Below are positions 24,501 to 36,015 of a DNA stretch of 64,000 nucleotides, one piece after another. The DNA comes from Camelus ferus (lineage: Eukaryota): assembly GCF_009834535.1 (NCBI RefSeq), contig NC_045718.1, forward strand, positions 20,770,001-20,834,000, given 5' to 3'. Below the pieces are notes generated by a model that saw only the letters and a list, made by a program, of their open reading frames with translations, was not told where the DNA came from and made no database searches. Each line of letters starts with the position of its first letter. Position 1 is the stretch's first letter. Position numbers and translations under genes: made by a program.

Positions 24501-25391
24501 GTCATGGAGCCATAGTCAAGTTCTTTCCAAACTAATATCTGAAATAAGAATTTCCAAGGTGTAAATGAACTCGTACTCAAAAACAAACGCATTTTTAAAA
24601 AATTACTTTTCTAGTAAATAGATCAGTCATTATCACCTATTTAGTTCAATGAACTTAAGGACCCCTGAGTTTATTTCCATAATCTTCCCCTCATTTTTAA
24701 GCGGTAAATGATGCAATAGAAGGGGATGAGGTATCAGGCCTCCCCCAACCCCCAACCCCCAGGTGCTTTGTGGAAGGCTGAGGTAAGGTACTTTGGTCAA
24801 AGCTGGAGCAGAGGTAGTCAAAGTTCCTGACCATTTCTACCAGTTGAGCTATTCCAGGGTGACAGATCTTAGTAGAGATCCCTCTACCAGAGCCAGTTTC
24901 CTCTCCACCGTTTCTTTCTGTGTAAGGTCTACCTACACACAGTGGTAAATATGAATCCAACAATCTGAATAATCCGTATTATAATGGTTCTGACTGCAAG
25001 ACAGAAAAGCTCCAGGTTCTGATGCTCCTTCCCCTTTCTCTTGTCTGAGAGGTCTATTAATTTAACTTAAAAATTAAGGACAGATTCACAAAATTTTTTT
25101 TAAAGGACGCAATCTCTCATTTCTTGAGCGACCCAAAACAGACAGACCTGGGGGAGATGGCTGACTCTTCTGGGCACCCTGCCTTGGAGACCCACAATCC
25201 CAGGCCCCTCGCTTCCCTGCGGCGGCAGAGGGCGCTCCCGCCACGGCTGGCGAAACCGCGGCAGGGGCGGAGACGCGGTCCGGGCCCGCGCTCACCTTGC
25301 CGTCGCTCTTCCTCCGGATCTTCTGGCAGCGGCCGTAGGAGCCGGTGCCAATGGTGTACAGCACCTCGTAATCCTCCGCCCGAGTCGGCAT
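15281..25391 (-). CDS. NEK2: NEK2 serine/threonine kinase (NEK2A-type isoform), spliced: 25391-25296, 24538-24321, 24044-~23804 (partly in N gap), 22003-21921, 21167-21041, 20004-19785, 18361-18236, 15504-15281; predicted 444 aa
   Basis: Exon translations read [32 protein letters not shown] / [45 protein letters not shown]... / [28 protein letters not shown] / ...[13 protein letters not shown]...[10 protein letters not shown]. All visible junctions are GT-AG with consistent phases. Exon lengths are 96/218/(241)/83/127/220/126/224. Confidence 0.98.
15650..16005 (-). mobile_element. Older LTR in NEK2 intron 7, same orientation as the gene
   Basis: + strand TGTTAAAC...TTATAACA termini; minus-strand AATAAA at 15695-15700 near its 3' end. 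No clean TSD. Confidence 0.6.
18192..18235 (-). CDS. NEK2: NEK2B-type alternative C-terminus by read-through of exon 7 into intron 7 ([14 protein letters not shown])
   Basis: Frame stays open past the donor to TGA at 18192-18194, giving 384 aa. This matches the length and GMR...C.K pattern of human NEK2B as recalled. Confidence 0.7.
18236..18361 (-). CDS. NEK2: NEK2 exon 7 (126 nt)
   Basis: Acceptor TTTAAAG|AG; donor G|GTATGA; peptide [41 protein letters not shown]. Confidence 0.96.
19785..20004 (-). CDS. NEK2: NEK2 exon 6 (220 nt; end of kinase domain and start of leucine zipper)
   Basis: Acceptor CCCCAG|GAT; donor C|GTGAGT; peptide [16 protein letters not shown]...[26 protein letters not shown]. 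Confidence 0.97.
21041..21167 (-). CDS. NEK2: NEK2 exon 5 (127 nt; [42 protein letters not shown])
   Basis: Acceptor CCCCAG|G; donor AAG|GTAAAG; lies within ORF 20945-21211. Confidence 0.97.
21284..21521 (+). mobile_element. MER20-like MITE in NEK2 intron 4
   Basis: TTTCCCAACCTTGGCACAACTGACATT...GGGGGCTGTCCTGTGCATCG...AGACATTGTCAAATG...GGTTGAGAACCACTG. Confidence 0.8.
21921..22003 (-). CDS. NEK2: NEK2 exon 4 (83 nt; [28 protein letters not shown])
   Basis: Translated by hand because it is absent from the ORF track. Acceptor TAATAAG|GAA; donor AT|GTAAGT. Confidence 0.96.
23774..23953. other. Assembly gap (180 N) inside NEK2 exon 3 / intron 3 boundary
   Basis: Run of Ns. Confidence 1.
23804..24044 (-). 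CDS. NEK2: NEK2 exon 3 (only 23954-24044 visible; remainder inside N gap, start coordinate predicted)
   Basis: Acceptor TTTCAG|A CAG TAC; visible peptide [30 protein letters not shown] runs into Ns at 23953. The 241-nt length is assumed from the human exon as recalled. Confidence 0.9.
24321..24538 (-). CDS. NEK2: NEK2 exon 2 (218 nt; catalytic Lys in ILVWK, helix C, hinge MEYCEGGDL)
   Basis: Acceptor TTTCAG|ATA; donor AG|GTAAAT; translation matches NEK2. Confidence 0.97.
25222..25236 (+). promoter_or_regulatory. Possible CTCF motif in NEK2 intron 1 (GCGGCAGAGGGCGCT)
   Basis: One mismatch to the core consensus, but GC-rich context raises the chance of a random match. Confidence 0.4.
25296..25391 (-). 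CDS. NEK2: NEK2 exon 1 (coding part, 96 nt; Gly-rich loop GTGSYG)
   Basis: ATG at 25391 in context CCGGCCATGC; donor AAG|GTGAG at 25296/25295. Confidence 0.97.
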
Positions 25392-25531
25392 GGCCGGGCC
25401 ACGCAGGCCTCCTGCCGGTCGCACCGCCGCCGCGCAGCTGCAGCCACGGTCTCGGAGACCTCCAACCACAACGCCCGGCCACCCAGGACTTCAGCCCCGT
25501 TTAACCGTCGCGGGCGCCGGGCTCTCACTCT

Positions 25532-25569
25532 ATTGGCCCGCAGTAAGGCCGCTTCGCCTCCCTGATTGG
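25532..25569 (-). promoter_or_regulatory. Two NF-Y CCAAT boxes 33 bp apart
   Basis: + strand ATTGG at 25532-25536 and 25565-25569. Confidence 0.75.
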
Positions 25570-25613
25570 CTACAAAGCGCAACACTACACCCTGGGCATC
25601 TTGGGAAAAGTGT

Positions 25614-25626
25614 GTCGCTAGGCAAC
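25614..25626. promoter_or_regulatory. RFX X-box-like element GTCGCTAGGCAAC
   Basis: Fits GTNRCY-N-RGYAAC with a perfect GGCAAC half-site. Confidence 0.6.
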
Positions 25627-25673
25627 CGCGTCGGCGTCGGTGTCTGCGTCTGCTTCCGACCTCAAGGGAGAAA

Positions 25674-25706
25674 GGGGCGGGGCTAAACCCACAGGGAGGG
25701 CGGGGG
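25674..25706 (+). promoter_or_regulatory. Sp/KLF GC boxes (GGGGCGGGGC and GGGAGGGCGGGGG)
   Basis: Direct motif match upstream of the CCAAT boxes. Confidence 0.6.
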
Positions 25707-28329
25707 ATGGAAAGTGGCGGCGGTTGTTGCTCTCCGCGACCCTGTCCCTCTGGCTGAGGTCGCCAAGGTAACTGAAGTCCAGAGACCTTTTCTCAGACTT
25801 TTTTTACATACTGCCTCAACCAACTGCCTTTGACCTTTGCACTCTGACCTCACACTACCCACTCTGCACCCGCCCTCCTCTTTCAGGTTCCCGTACCCTG
25901 AGCCTGGGCGGGGTCACCCTGAAAACTGAGTGAAAGCTGAGTACTGAGATGAAAAGAACTCCCCCTCGCTAAAGGATAAGCAAATGTGTGCTGATGGTGG
26001 TGTGGGACTGTGCTAAGCACTTTACATTTATTGTCTCGTCGATAAAGCAGGAATTAGTGTTATTTCCCATGAAGAAACGGAAGCACAGAAATTCTATTAT
26101 TTGCTTTAGGTGCAACAGCCAGGAAGAGAGGAATCAGTGCAAAAACACTGGATATTGATAGTAATGGTTTAGAGTTGGCACATGTCTTTAGGGGGTTGTC
26201 GTCATAGAGGGACTATATTTTTGAACACCAAAGTATAAAAGGCCTATTTAACATGCAGAGGATGTGTACAAAACCTCAAGGTGGAATTTAGCAGTCTGTG
26301 ATGTTCTGAAATCTCTGATGTTTTGAAATACCCAGGAAAATATGGTGGCTCTAAGGCAGAGATGGTCAGATTTACCTTTAAGACTTCTACAAAAAATTTT
26401 TTTTATTAGAGAAGACTGCCAAATAGGTTATCTCGGGTGCCAACCCCATAATTAATTGACAATACTTCATTGAATGCAACCTTATCTGGGCACCACAGAA
26501 ACCAGCATTTTCAGCTCACCCAGCCAGATGGAACAGTCTCATTTTTACCTGGGAGAGGGGACCTGGAGACCTCTATCCAGGGGTGGATGGAGGAATTTGT
26601 ACATTACCAGAAGGCTAATAATTTGGCAATACATAAATAGGTCAATTTTCTTTAAATATGTTCAGCGTGGGATTGAAAGGAACTTGATTTTCTATTAATA
26701 AGAATTACAAACCTCTTTATGTTAAAAATACAGAATTTTTTACATGCACCGAATACAATGTAATTGGAATTGCCAGCCAGGAGATTTTTAAAGTAACATT
26801 CAAGGACATTGTCTTACCTCAAGGGAATGGAACCAGTTTAGGTTTCAAAAGTTATATAAGGAGTCACAAGTGGCTGAGTTAATTAGCTTTATATTTTTTA
26901 ATTTTAGTATCTCTTAAAGATTGACATCATAGAGCTCTTTTGCTGGCCTGCCTCAAATCCAGTCCTGTACCTTCTCTCTGGCCAGTCTTATGCTCTTAGG
27001 TTTTGCCCAAATTCCCCAAACCCAGCACACTCTCTCAGCTCCCTCCTGACACCAGCTTGGCACCTGTTATCCCATTTGTCTAGAAAACTGTCCACCCCAC
27101 TCCCTTATTTACTCCCCTACCCTTGATCAGGTCTGTCTAGAAGATACAACTTGTCTTTTAAGATTTAATGCCAACTTTCTCTCCTATACTCTGGGAAGCC
27201 TTTAATTCCTCCATCTACAGTGTTCATAGACCACTTTGTATATAAATCAACCCTTATTCTTTATCATTATTTGTTTTCATGGGTCTCACAGTAGCTCAAT
27301 TCCAAGTTCTTTGTAGCCAGCGTAAGTCCTGTAATAAAAGAAACACGCAATAAATCTTTGTTAAATGAAAATGAGAAAGCAGCTTATTTATAATTAAATG
27401 AGAATTTGGATGATTCCTCGAGTACTCATGTTTCAGTAGCCTATGGCAGAGACTAAATGGTGGAGAAAAGAACCATCCCAAGAGTGTGGAGAGAGGCTCC
27501 CAGGCACATATATTCATTCAACAAATATTTATTGAGAACTTTTTAATGGGCCAGATATAATGATAGGCATTAATAGGCTGAATGTTCATTTTAAAAAGAA
27601 GCAAAGATGATAAAGTGTGACATAGGTAGGGCATTACCACCCTAGTAACTGGCCAGTTTGCCCCTATCATTGGGTGGGGGTGGGGGGCAGGATAGCCTAG
27701 CAGTGACCACTAGACATGGTGGCTGGTGGCTGAAGAGCATGTGGACGTCAATCAGGAACACTTTAGAGGAAACACCCTTTCCCTCTCCTTCCTTCATATT
27801 CCACCCGTTCTTTAAGGCTCATCTCAAGCCCAGTTCTTTCCCTGAAAATTATCTTTGCTGCCTTCAACCCAGGGTGATCTCCTAAAAGAGCCATTAGCTG
27901 TTTTCTTGACTCATTTAAAATGGGCCCTGGGGAATGCACATATAATAATACCAGTCTGTATTACTAGCTTCTCATGTATAACTGCCTTATCTGACCTACT
28001 AAATTAAAATCTCATCCTTCAACAACTGTAAATTGAGGCCCTGCCAGGTGCTGAAGATACCCCAGTGAGTAGGACTGACATGCAGTCCTGGAGGTGAAGG
28101 AGGTAGATGCCCACGGGGAAATTCACCCATTACAGATTGTGGGAAGAACTAAGCAAACAACTGAGAAGGAAACAGAGAAGATTACACTGAAAGAGAGAAC
28201 TAAGAGATGACCACAAGGGTGGGGCGGAGGCTTGTATAATAAGACTCCCATGCCCAGGGTCTAATTCACTGTCTTCACAATTTTCTTGCTAAATATGCTC
28301 ACTGTTGTCCGTTTGCATTTAAATGTGGT

Positions 28330-28640
28330 AAAATCTCAAATAAATAGATTATTTGCACTATGTCTATGTTCCCTTCTCACAAGCACTCTACAGGTGTTCA
28401 CAGAGACACCAACTCATTTTTCAGAGAAGCTCCTTGGAAGATTAATGGGCACCTCCAACTTACCATGTCCAAAATCAAGCTCCTGGGCTTCACCCCAGAT
28501 TTGTTCTACTCACTGTTCTCTTCTTCTTAAGTGACTAATGCATGTGATTTTGTTGTGTTTGTTCACTGCAGTATCTCCAGCATCTAAAACATGCCTGGAA
28601 CATAGTAGGTACTCAGTTTGCATTTGTACATTGAAAGAAT
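28330..28640 (+). mobile_element. L2 fragments
   Basis: CACCTCCAACTTACCATGTCCAAAATCAAGCTC...CCTGGAACATAGTAGGTACTCAG. Confidence 0.6.
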
Positions 28641-29449
28641 GTACTAGCAAAAACAAGCCATTATATATACTCCATTGCCCTTAGCTTCCCTTTTTATGTT
28701 ACATAAAAGACCCACTAGAGGGCTGTAAATCATCACATAATAAAGGAGGAGCCAGTACATCTGCACAGTCTACCCTCAAATCTTATCACTCTGAGATTTG
28801 CATAGATGTTTTGTATCTTATCTCCAAGATTACTTGGAGCAATCTGAAATTAGGGATTATGGATATTCTTTAAAGTGCTTACTAAAGATTTCTAGAAATC
28901 CCTCCCCCCAAATGAGAAAGAGACTGTTTAGATCAGAAGCTAAATGATGTCAAAGAAAGGCACACGACATGGTACGTGCTCAATAAATAACCATGTTCTA
29001 AAAGAAAGAATGAAGTGTTACGGAGACTGACCCTAATAGCGACCCATCACTTAATATAAACAGAAGGACAAGATGCAAACTAAGAGACAGCTTCGGACTT
29101 AATGGCAGGCAGCTGATGGAAGAATATAATGAAAAGAAATTTCATTTTGAAACCATATTGTGGTTAGTTATGAGCTCCATCAGATTTTAAAGAAGGCTAG
29201 TGTCATACTTGCACCCAAGGGTACAAGTTAGGGGAAGGCTGACTTCTGTTCAGTACTAGGATAAACTTTCAGACAGAGAGAGCCGTTAACAAATGTTACA
29301 TGTTTTTCTAAGATATTTGTAAATTGAGGATTTGTATTATCAAATCTCTAAGAATATTGATAATATAAATCAGTTAAGAAGAACATTAAAGCAAATCTCA
29401 GGTTGGGCTTCAGGAACGTTTAGAGAACACTCCTACTTTCCCCTTCGAG

Positions 29450-29620
29450 GGGCAGCACAGTGAAACTGTAGGAGCAGTGGGCATGAGGTCCAGGAACTTA
29501 GGTTTGTCCAGTTGTGTTTTGTGACCTAGGGAGTCCACTTCACCTCTCTGCGTCCTGTAAAGTGAGGGTATTGAATTAGATGACCTTTACTGACCCTTCC
29601 AGCTTCACATGTTGTGATTC
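29450..29620 (+). mobile_element. MIR
   Basis: TGTGACCTAGGG...TGTAAAGTGAGGGTATTGAATTAGATGACCTTTA. Confidence 0.6.
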
Positions 29621-29749
29621 TCTCTCCTGAAACCTCACCAGAACTGCTGTCAGAGCCAGAACACTGGTCTGCTTAGCCCTTGGTTTGACCTCAGCTGACA
29701 GTTTTTATTAAGTCGCTACATCTGTGTTAGCTTTCTCAACATCCCTTCT

Positions 29750-30900
29750 CTTCATTCTTGACTTTTATCAGCGACATTTATTGAGTGACAGGCGCTGGAG
29801 ATAAATAAAAAGATCCGTCCTTGACCTCAAAGAAGTCCCCCCAGAAAGGTGAGACAGGTGTAAATCAGCCAGCCATCCCTCTTCAGTGTGACAATTCTCT
29901 CCGATTATGTCAAGGGAACTCAGAGGGAGGAGCCAGGCTCTGATAGGGCTGGCAGGCGGTGTGGGTCAGGGCAATGTTCCTGGATGGGGTGACCTTGAAC
30001 TACAGCTAAAGGATGAATTAGAATGAGGAGAGCGGGAACTGTGGGTAAAAGCACAGAGGCATGCAGGGGCCTGCAGGTTGGTGGACCAAAGGGATCACGT
30101 GGTTACCTTGTGAAATAGGTGGTCAGACAAGGGAGCAAGATGACCCAGGAGCTGAGGCAATCCTCCAAAGGTGATTGAGTCCCAGTGGAAGCTTTGAGCA
30201 GACCAACTTTACCAGATAGTGCTCTAGAAATATCACTCTGGCAACAAGGTAGAGAATGACTGTGAGGGGACAGGAATATGGCATGGGAGGCTATGGTAGC
30301 AACCTGGCAGGAAACGACACTGGCTGAATGAAGGCAATGGCCAGGAATGAGGCACAGGGAGGGAGTCCAGAATTGTTTGGGAGGTAGCTTAGATGAGATG
30401 TAGTAAGCATGCACATAGGGGAAGCAGGGAGGACAACTGGTTTGAGTGACCAGATGGATGGTGGTGTCCCTCACTGCAGGAGGAGATGCCGGAGGAGGAG
30501 CAGGTTTGGGTGGGGGCACTGAGCACATGCTGAGCCCAAGGACCTATGAGGGACCTGGCCAATGGACAGTTGGATACAAAATCTCAGCAGAGGGGTCTAG
30601 GCTGGAGCCAGAGCTGGGAGTAGAAGTGGTGGCAGAAGCCAGGTGTGAGGATGAATGTGCCCCAAGAGTGGCAGAGTGAGAGAGCAGATGGGAAGAAAGG
30701 TAGGAGTTAATACTGGGCTGAGAAGAAGGAGAAGTCAGCAAAGGAGACCAAGAAATGTGACCAAAGAGGCAGGAGGCAATACAGAAATAATTTCTAACCT
30801 AGATTCCAGAAGAGAAGATGATTTTAAGAATATGGAAGTGGTCCACGGAGTGGGATGTTGGAGAAAGAGCACATAAGGGAAAAACAGAAATGAAAAACGG
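29750..30900 (-). mobile_element. L2 fragment
   Basis: CATTTATTGAGTG...TGAGCACATGCTGAG...GGAGACCAAGAAATGTGACC...GGTCATTTGGTCAC. Confidence 0.65.
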
Positions 30901-33900
30901 ATTTGGTCATTTGGTCACTATAGGTGACTGCCCTTAGAGTATTTGCAAGTCAAGTAGGGTAGAGGCCAGCCTGCGGGGGTTGCAGCTGGACCAGCTGGGG
31001 AGGGAGGGTAGACGCAGCGTGTGTGTGGGCAACCCTGGGCAGTCTTCCAGGGCAACTTTCTTCCCATTTGCACGTTAGCTCTGTGCCCCAGGAGAATGGG
31101 TGACCTGTCCCAGAGGGGTTCCTGGCCTCATTGTCACCACTCCCATGACATCAGCTTGCAGCTGACGTCACATAGCACACTCATGACATGTCACCCATAG
31201 GAGCTCGTGGTTCTTCACAGCACACATCTACCCCAGGTTCCCAGCTGGTGCCAGCCGCTACCAAGGTGGTGACCACGGTGAATGCATCCTGAGTGCATCC
31301 CACAGAGACCTTGGAAGAAGCTGCATTTGCTTAGTGAGGAGGGTTCGGAAAGAAGTCAGAGGAGGAACTTTTGTTTCGACTTTCAAGAGACAGAGCCCAA
31401 AGGCACTGGCCCAGGCCTATTCCACTGTCAGGGTCCACAGTGAGTTCCAGGTGCATCCGATTAGCAGAAGACGTGAGTCTGGGTTCAGTCCAGAAGAGCA
31501 CCCTGCCCTTTGTGTTTTTCTGCACTAATCCTTTGACAGAGCCCAGCTAGAGAGTCACCTCCATGCTCTTGCCTTTTGTCAGGGAGGACGCCCCAGGGCA
31601 GAGACCGACAGGAATGCCTACAGCGACAACCCATTATGGTGACCAGTGACCAGTCACTGAACTCAGGCTGGGCACCAGGTAAGCCTGTCTCGCTCCATCT
31701 CACAACTGCCCTTGGGGAATTTACAAATGAGGAACTTGAGGTACAAAGACGTTGAATAATTGACTCAGGGTGGTGAGTGGCAGATACAAACCAATGGCCA
31801 GGTGGGGTCCATCTCATAGTCCAGGATCTTGACAGCTAGTTTGTGTGGCTTGCTTGGTCCCATCGAAGGAGAGGATTTTCAAACAGCAATGGCAACAATC
31901 CAATGTCTTCTTTAGGTTCTGTTTTAATAGCTGCACCTCGAGGCCTCGCATCTGCCTGCTGACCAGACTTCCCCATCCTCGCTGGACCTCGGAGAGCTCA
32001 CCTGCTGCATCCGTGGGACTTGGCGAGAGTCTAGGTGGGACTCTGAGCTCCCGCTCCTGAGTCACAGGGACCCGGGGCTGACACCCAGCCCCACACATGA
32101 GCTGGATGAGACCACGGCCGTCTCACTGTAGAATGGGGAAAGCAATGCCTACCTCACAGGGCTTCACTGAGGGCTGAGTGCATAATGCACGTCGTGCTGG
32201 CCCTCTGCAGATGCCCCAGACATGGTAGCTATTCAGGTCTTTAGTATAATTCCCTCATTGGGTGGAGCCCTGGGGGACAGCACATCACCTAGACTTTCTC
32301 TGACGGCCAAAGCCCCCTGAAGGGCATTTTACACAACCTCCAGCCTCCAGCCTGGCCAGGTTTTCTGAGGGCAAACACTTCCCCAGCTGGCCTGGCTCAT
32401 TCAGCTGGCTTCTGTGCTGCCTGCCCGCACATGGCATCCTGCCTTGGGCAGGTTCTCATGCCTGCGTTCAAGGGCATTCGAGCGCATAGGTCTCAAGACA
32501 AAGCAAGGGGAGCAAGGCCGAGACACGGCTATTTTGGGGCTGGTTTTAAATCCACTTCCCCACTGATGAGCAGGTGCAAATGGCCCCCAGGTGCCTGCTA
32601 GCCTGCTTTTGCTTCTCTCTCGTCTATCTCTCATTCATTTCTCTTCCTGTCCTCAGCTACCCATCTAGTGCACAGAGGGGATCTGAGAGAGGAGAGGCCC
32701 TGGTCCTCGGCTCTTCAGACCTTATTTCCTCCCCGCCAAGCCTCAAATTCCAGAACTGGCCTCACTCAGGTCTGAGACACAATGCAGAGACCTCACTCTT
32801 CCTGTTCGTTTTCAGGAAACATCTGGAACTCCTCCGGGGAGATCTGTCACATGGCCTCTCGTGAATTTCAGACTCCTGCATGTTCTTCCAGCGTTCTTTG
32901 TTTGCTGGATATTATGAGAAATGATATATATGTATCTGTCTCCAAATACACGGCTTGAACACAAAGCACAAAGTTCTTAGTTAAATTCCTGCTTTAAGAG
33001 AACCCAACACTTGAAATCAGAATGCACCACACACAGTAACTGGGAAGGAGGTGATATGGGACACAAACCACTCATTGCTTTATAAATAATTGGCTACTGA
33101 TTGTTTTAAATTCCAGTCTCCCAGGGTGCTCTTAAAACATGGTTTCAACTGAAAGATGTTCTTTGCACCTTTGTTTTTCTGGAGCAGTTTTGGGTGCATA
33201 GAGAACTAATTTGAGGAAGTCTCGGTGACTGTCACACACAACTCTTCGGGTTTGTGCAAGGCTGTTGCACCATCGTGTTGCTGCTCTGACACTGCCCTCA
33301 ACCCTGGGCAGCAGCAGAGGGCTGTCCTGGAGCATCTGGTGAGCTGAGGCCACAGGTGCACCTGGTGTAATGGTGTGGCCCACAGAGCTGGGAATGAAAC
33401 AGCCAGGCGTTGTGTTACTCACCCCTCTCCTTCAGTCTTACCCACATACTTGCACCTAGAGCATTGGTTTAGTCCCATTTTCCAGGAAAGAAAACTGAGG
33501 CTCAGAATAGGTCTTAGGCCACTATACTAGTTCTCATCTGAAAAAGAGAAAGCAGAAATGTGCCCTACAGATTCTTGGAGGTCTGACTCACTAATCTCTA
33601 AGAAAGCCCCCCCATCCCAACCCCCTCCACTCCAGGCCACCCTGAAACCATGTAACTCCTGCAAGAACTCTGGTCAGAACTAGCTTGTGCAGGGGGACAA
33701 GTCAGGGGTCAGCAGGAGCCTGGCTCAGTGGGCGTGCTCGGTGCCCTGGATGGCCACACACCAAGGGCAGGCACAGGGGGAAGGGTGCAGGTGGGAACAA
33801 GGGTTGTTTTTATAAACGGAAAACCTGCAGCCTCCCCACAGAAAAAGGGAAGCCAAACAAAAGCTGAACAGCTGGACCACAACACGCCCTGCCCAGCAGG

Positions 33901-34829
33901 GGGCAGGGGCGGGACTCCCTGTGAGAGACAAGGAGGGCCCGCCCTGGGCGCATGAGGGTGGGGCCCTACGTAATGAGGCTGCGCAGCATCACCTGTTTGC
34001 CCAAGGATCCAGGCTGAAGGCTGTTTCCTCCTTATGTCCCCAGGCCCCAGCTGTCCGAGATGTGAGAGGCCCGGCGGTACACCTGGAGGGGCCCAGGCCT
34101 GGGCTGGGGGCCAACAGGAGCAGTAGCCGGGCAGGGTAGGGTGGAACCAAGAAACGTATTGGGACCTAGAAGTTCCCGGGGAACCCAGGGCATCCCGGAA
34201 GACCCAGGGACTCCCCAGAGTGACGTGTTAATACAGAACCTGGGCTATCGCAGTGCCTGGTAGGAATTTACCTCCATTCTAACGGTGGTGGAAGGGTTTG
34301 CCGTGCGCATCGCCAGAGCAAGATGATGAAGAGAGTTCTATAATTCCCTTAAGCAGCTCTGCAACCTCCTATGCTAGGTTTCCTCATTTGTGAAAAGTGG
34401 GTCCACAATACTCAAAACAGTGAGATATTAACAATGGGAGGGAACTGGGTGTGGGGTGTGTGGGAACTCACTGTATTAGCTGCACAACTTTCCTACACAC
34501 TGAAAACTCTTCAGAAATAAAACATTTATTTGTTTTTTTTAAAGTCAGCCTGATCTCTAAGCACTGTGAACTGAGAATTTTGTTCTCCTTTATCAAATAT
34601 GGATTTCTAACACATCTTTTCAAGTAGCTTGGCAGCATCGTGGAACTTCCAATTACCAACTGTGTGCCAATGACAAGAGGTTCCTTAAAGGAGGCCCAGC
34701 AGGGGTCCTGCCAGGCGCCTTCTCCAGCCATCTGTGAAACTGTGATAGTAACACAGTGACCACAGTGTAGCTATTCTTCTGGGGTGCTGCCTGCCAGCCG
34801 AGGCACGAGGCTCCACAACCCTGAAGACC

Positions 34830-34960
34830 AGACACTGTAATAATCTCCGTTTACAGATGAGGAAACCAAGGGTCCAGAGGTTAAGTAATTTGCCAAGATC
34901 AGACCACCAGAAAATCTCAGAGCTGGCCTTGCCCTCACTTCTGCCCAACTCCAAAGTTCA
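34830..34960 (-). mobile_element. MIR
   Basis: TTTACAGATGAGGAAACCAAGGGTCCAGAGGTTAAGTAATTTGCCAAGATCA. Confidence 0.7.
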
Positions 34961-35908
34961 TATCCTAACTGCTGCTAAAGAAATAAAGCTGCACTTATTT
35001 TTGATACATTTTATAAGTAAGACGTCTTCCTGGACCCCAGCCCAGAGTGTACTGTATTCCAAACCCACACACTTTGAGTTCTAGGAATCAAAACCCAGAG
35101 GCCAGAGTATGGCTGTGTTCCCAAGAATATTGTGTGTGGTCTTTGTAGTAAGAGCCTCCCTGGAGCAGACTCCGGGCTCTCCGAGGCCCTGCCAAAGGTC
35201 AGTGAGGTCCTGTGTCTGCAGGAGCCCCTCAGGGAGGGCCCTCGTGCCTCTGTCATCCCTCTGAGGGGAAGAGGACAGGCACGCACTGGAAGACACTGAC
35301 CCCCTACCTACCCGGATCACAGAGCGCATGGCCAGGTGGAGACAGGACCAAATCCAGACCAGGGCTGCCGCCATCAGACCACCGCGCTGGCTGACATTCT
35401 CTAAAGCCACCTGGGCAGGAAGGCCAGGGCATCTTCAGTGCAGGGCCAAATCACCTGCCGTGGGCATGAGGAGGAAGAAAGTGACCTGTAACAATTAGAT
35501 AAAGGCATTTAATACAAATACACCAGCACATGCTTCGACATGATTTTTAATGATTTTGTAGCTTCTGACAACTGAGAGGAAATAGCGTCATGCAAAATTG
35601 ATGCCCACCAAAGCGGGTTCATGTGGCAACGGGAGCCCTACTCTCATCTTGGCCTGGGATCACTCTCCAGATTTTTTTTTCCTTCCCACTTTGACTCAAG
35701 CTCAACCTTTCCTGATTAATCTTGCTTCACTGTGATGGTGAGTTCCACTTACCTTCCTTCAGTGCTTTAAAAGTACTTTTCCTACTGCAAAAAACAATTT
35801 ATAGCCTCTTTTTTGTTACTTTGTAAGTGTTCTTGTGCTTTCCCCCCATGTCTATTTCAAGTCTTCACCTAAACTAATTGTCCTGGGACATGGGCTTGCG
35901 GGCAAGTG

Positions 35909-36015
35909 ACCGAGCATCCTGGCGTGCCTGAGACGGTCCCAGGTTTTAGCGCTGAAAGCCTCATGTCCCCAGGGAACCCGTCAGTCCCAGGCGAACCGGG
36001 ATGGTTAGTCACCAC
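35909..36015 (-). mobile_element. MER81-like hAT-Blackjack MITE
   Basis: GTCCCAGGTTTTAGCGCTGAAAG...TCAGTCCCAGGCGAACCGGGATGGTTAGTCACC. Confidence 0.7.

Larger units (their letters stand above)
25180..25760 (-). promoter_or_regulatory. CpG-island promoter of NEK2 spanning exon 1; TSS probably near 25500
   Basis: Dense CpG from ~25180 to ~25760 against CpG-poor flanks; contains CCAAT boxes and GC boxes; no TATA seen. Confidence 0.9.

Noticed and set aside
15281-25391. Possibility that this NEK2 copy is a pseudogene
   Set aside because: Introns are present, all visible exons are in frame with canonical junctions, and a CpG promoter and poly(A) signal are intact. The only missing part lies in an N gap.
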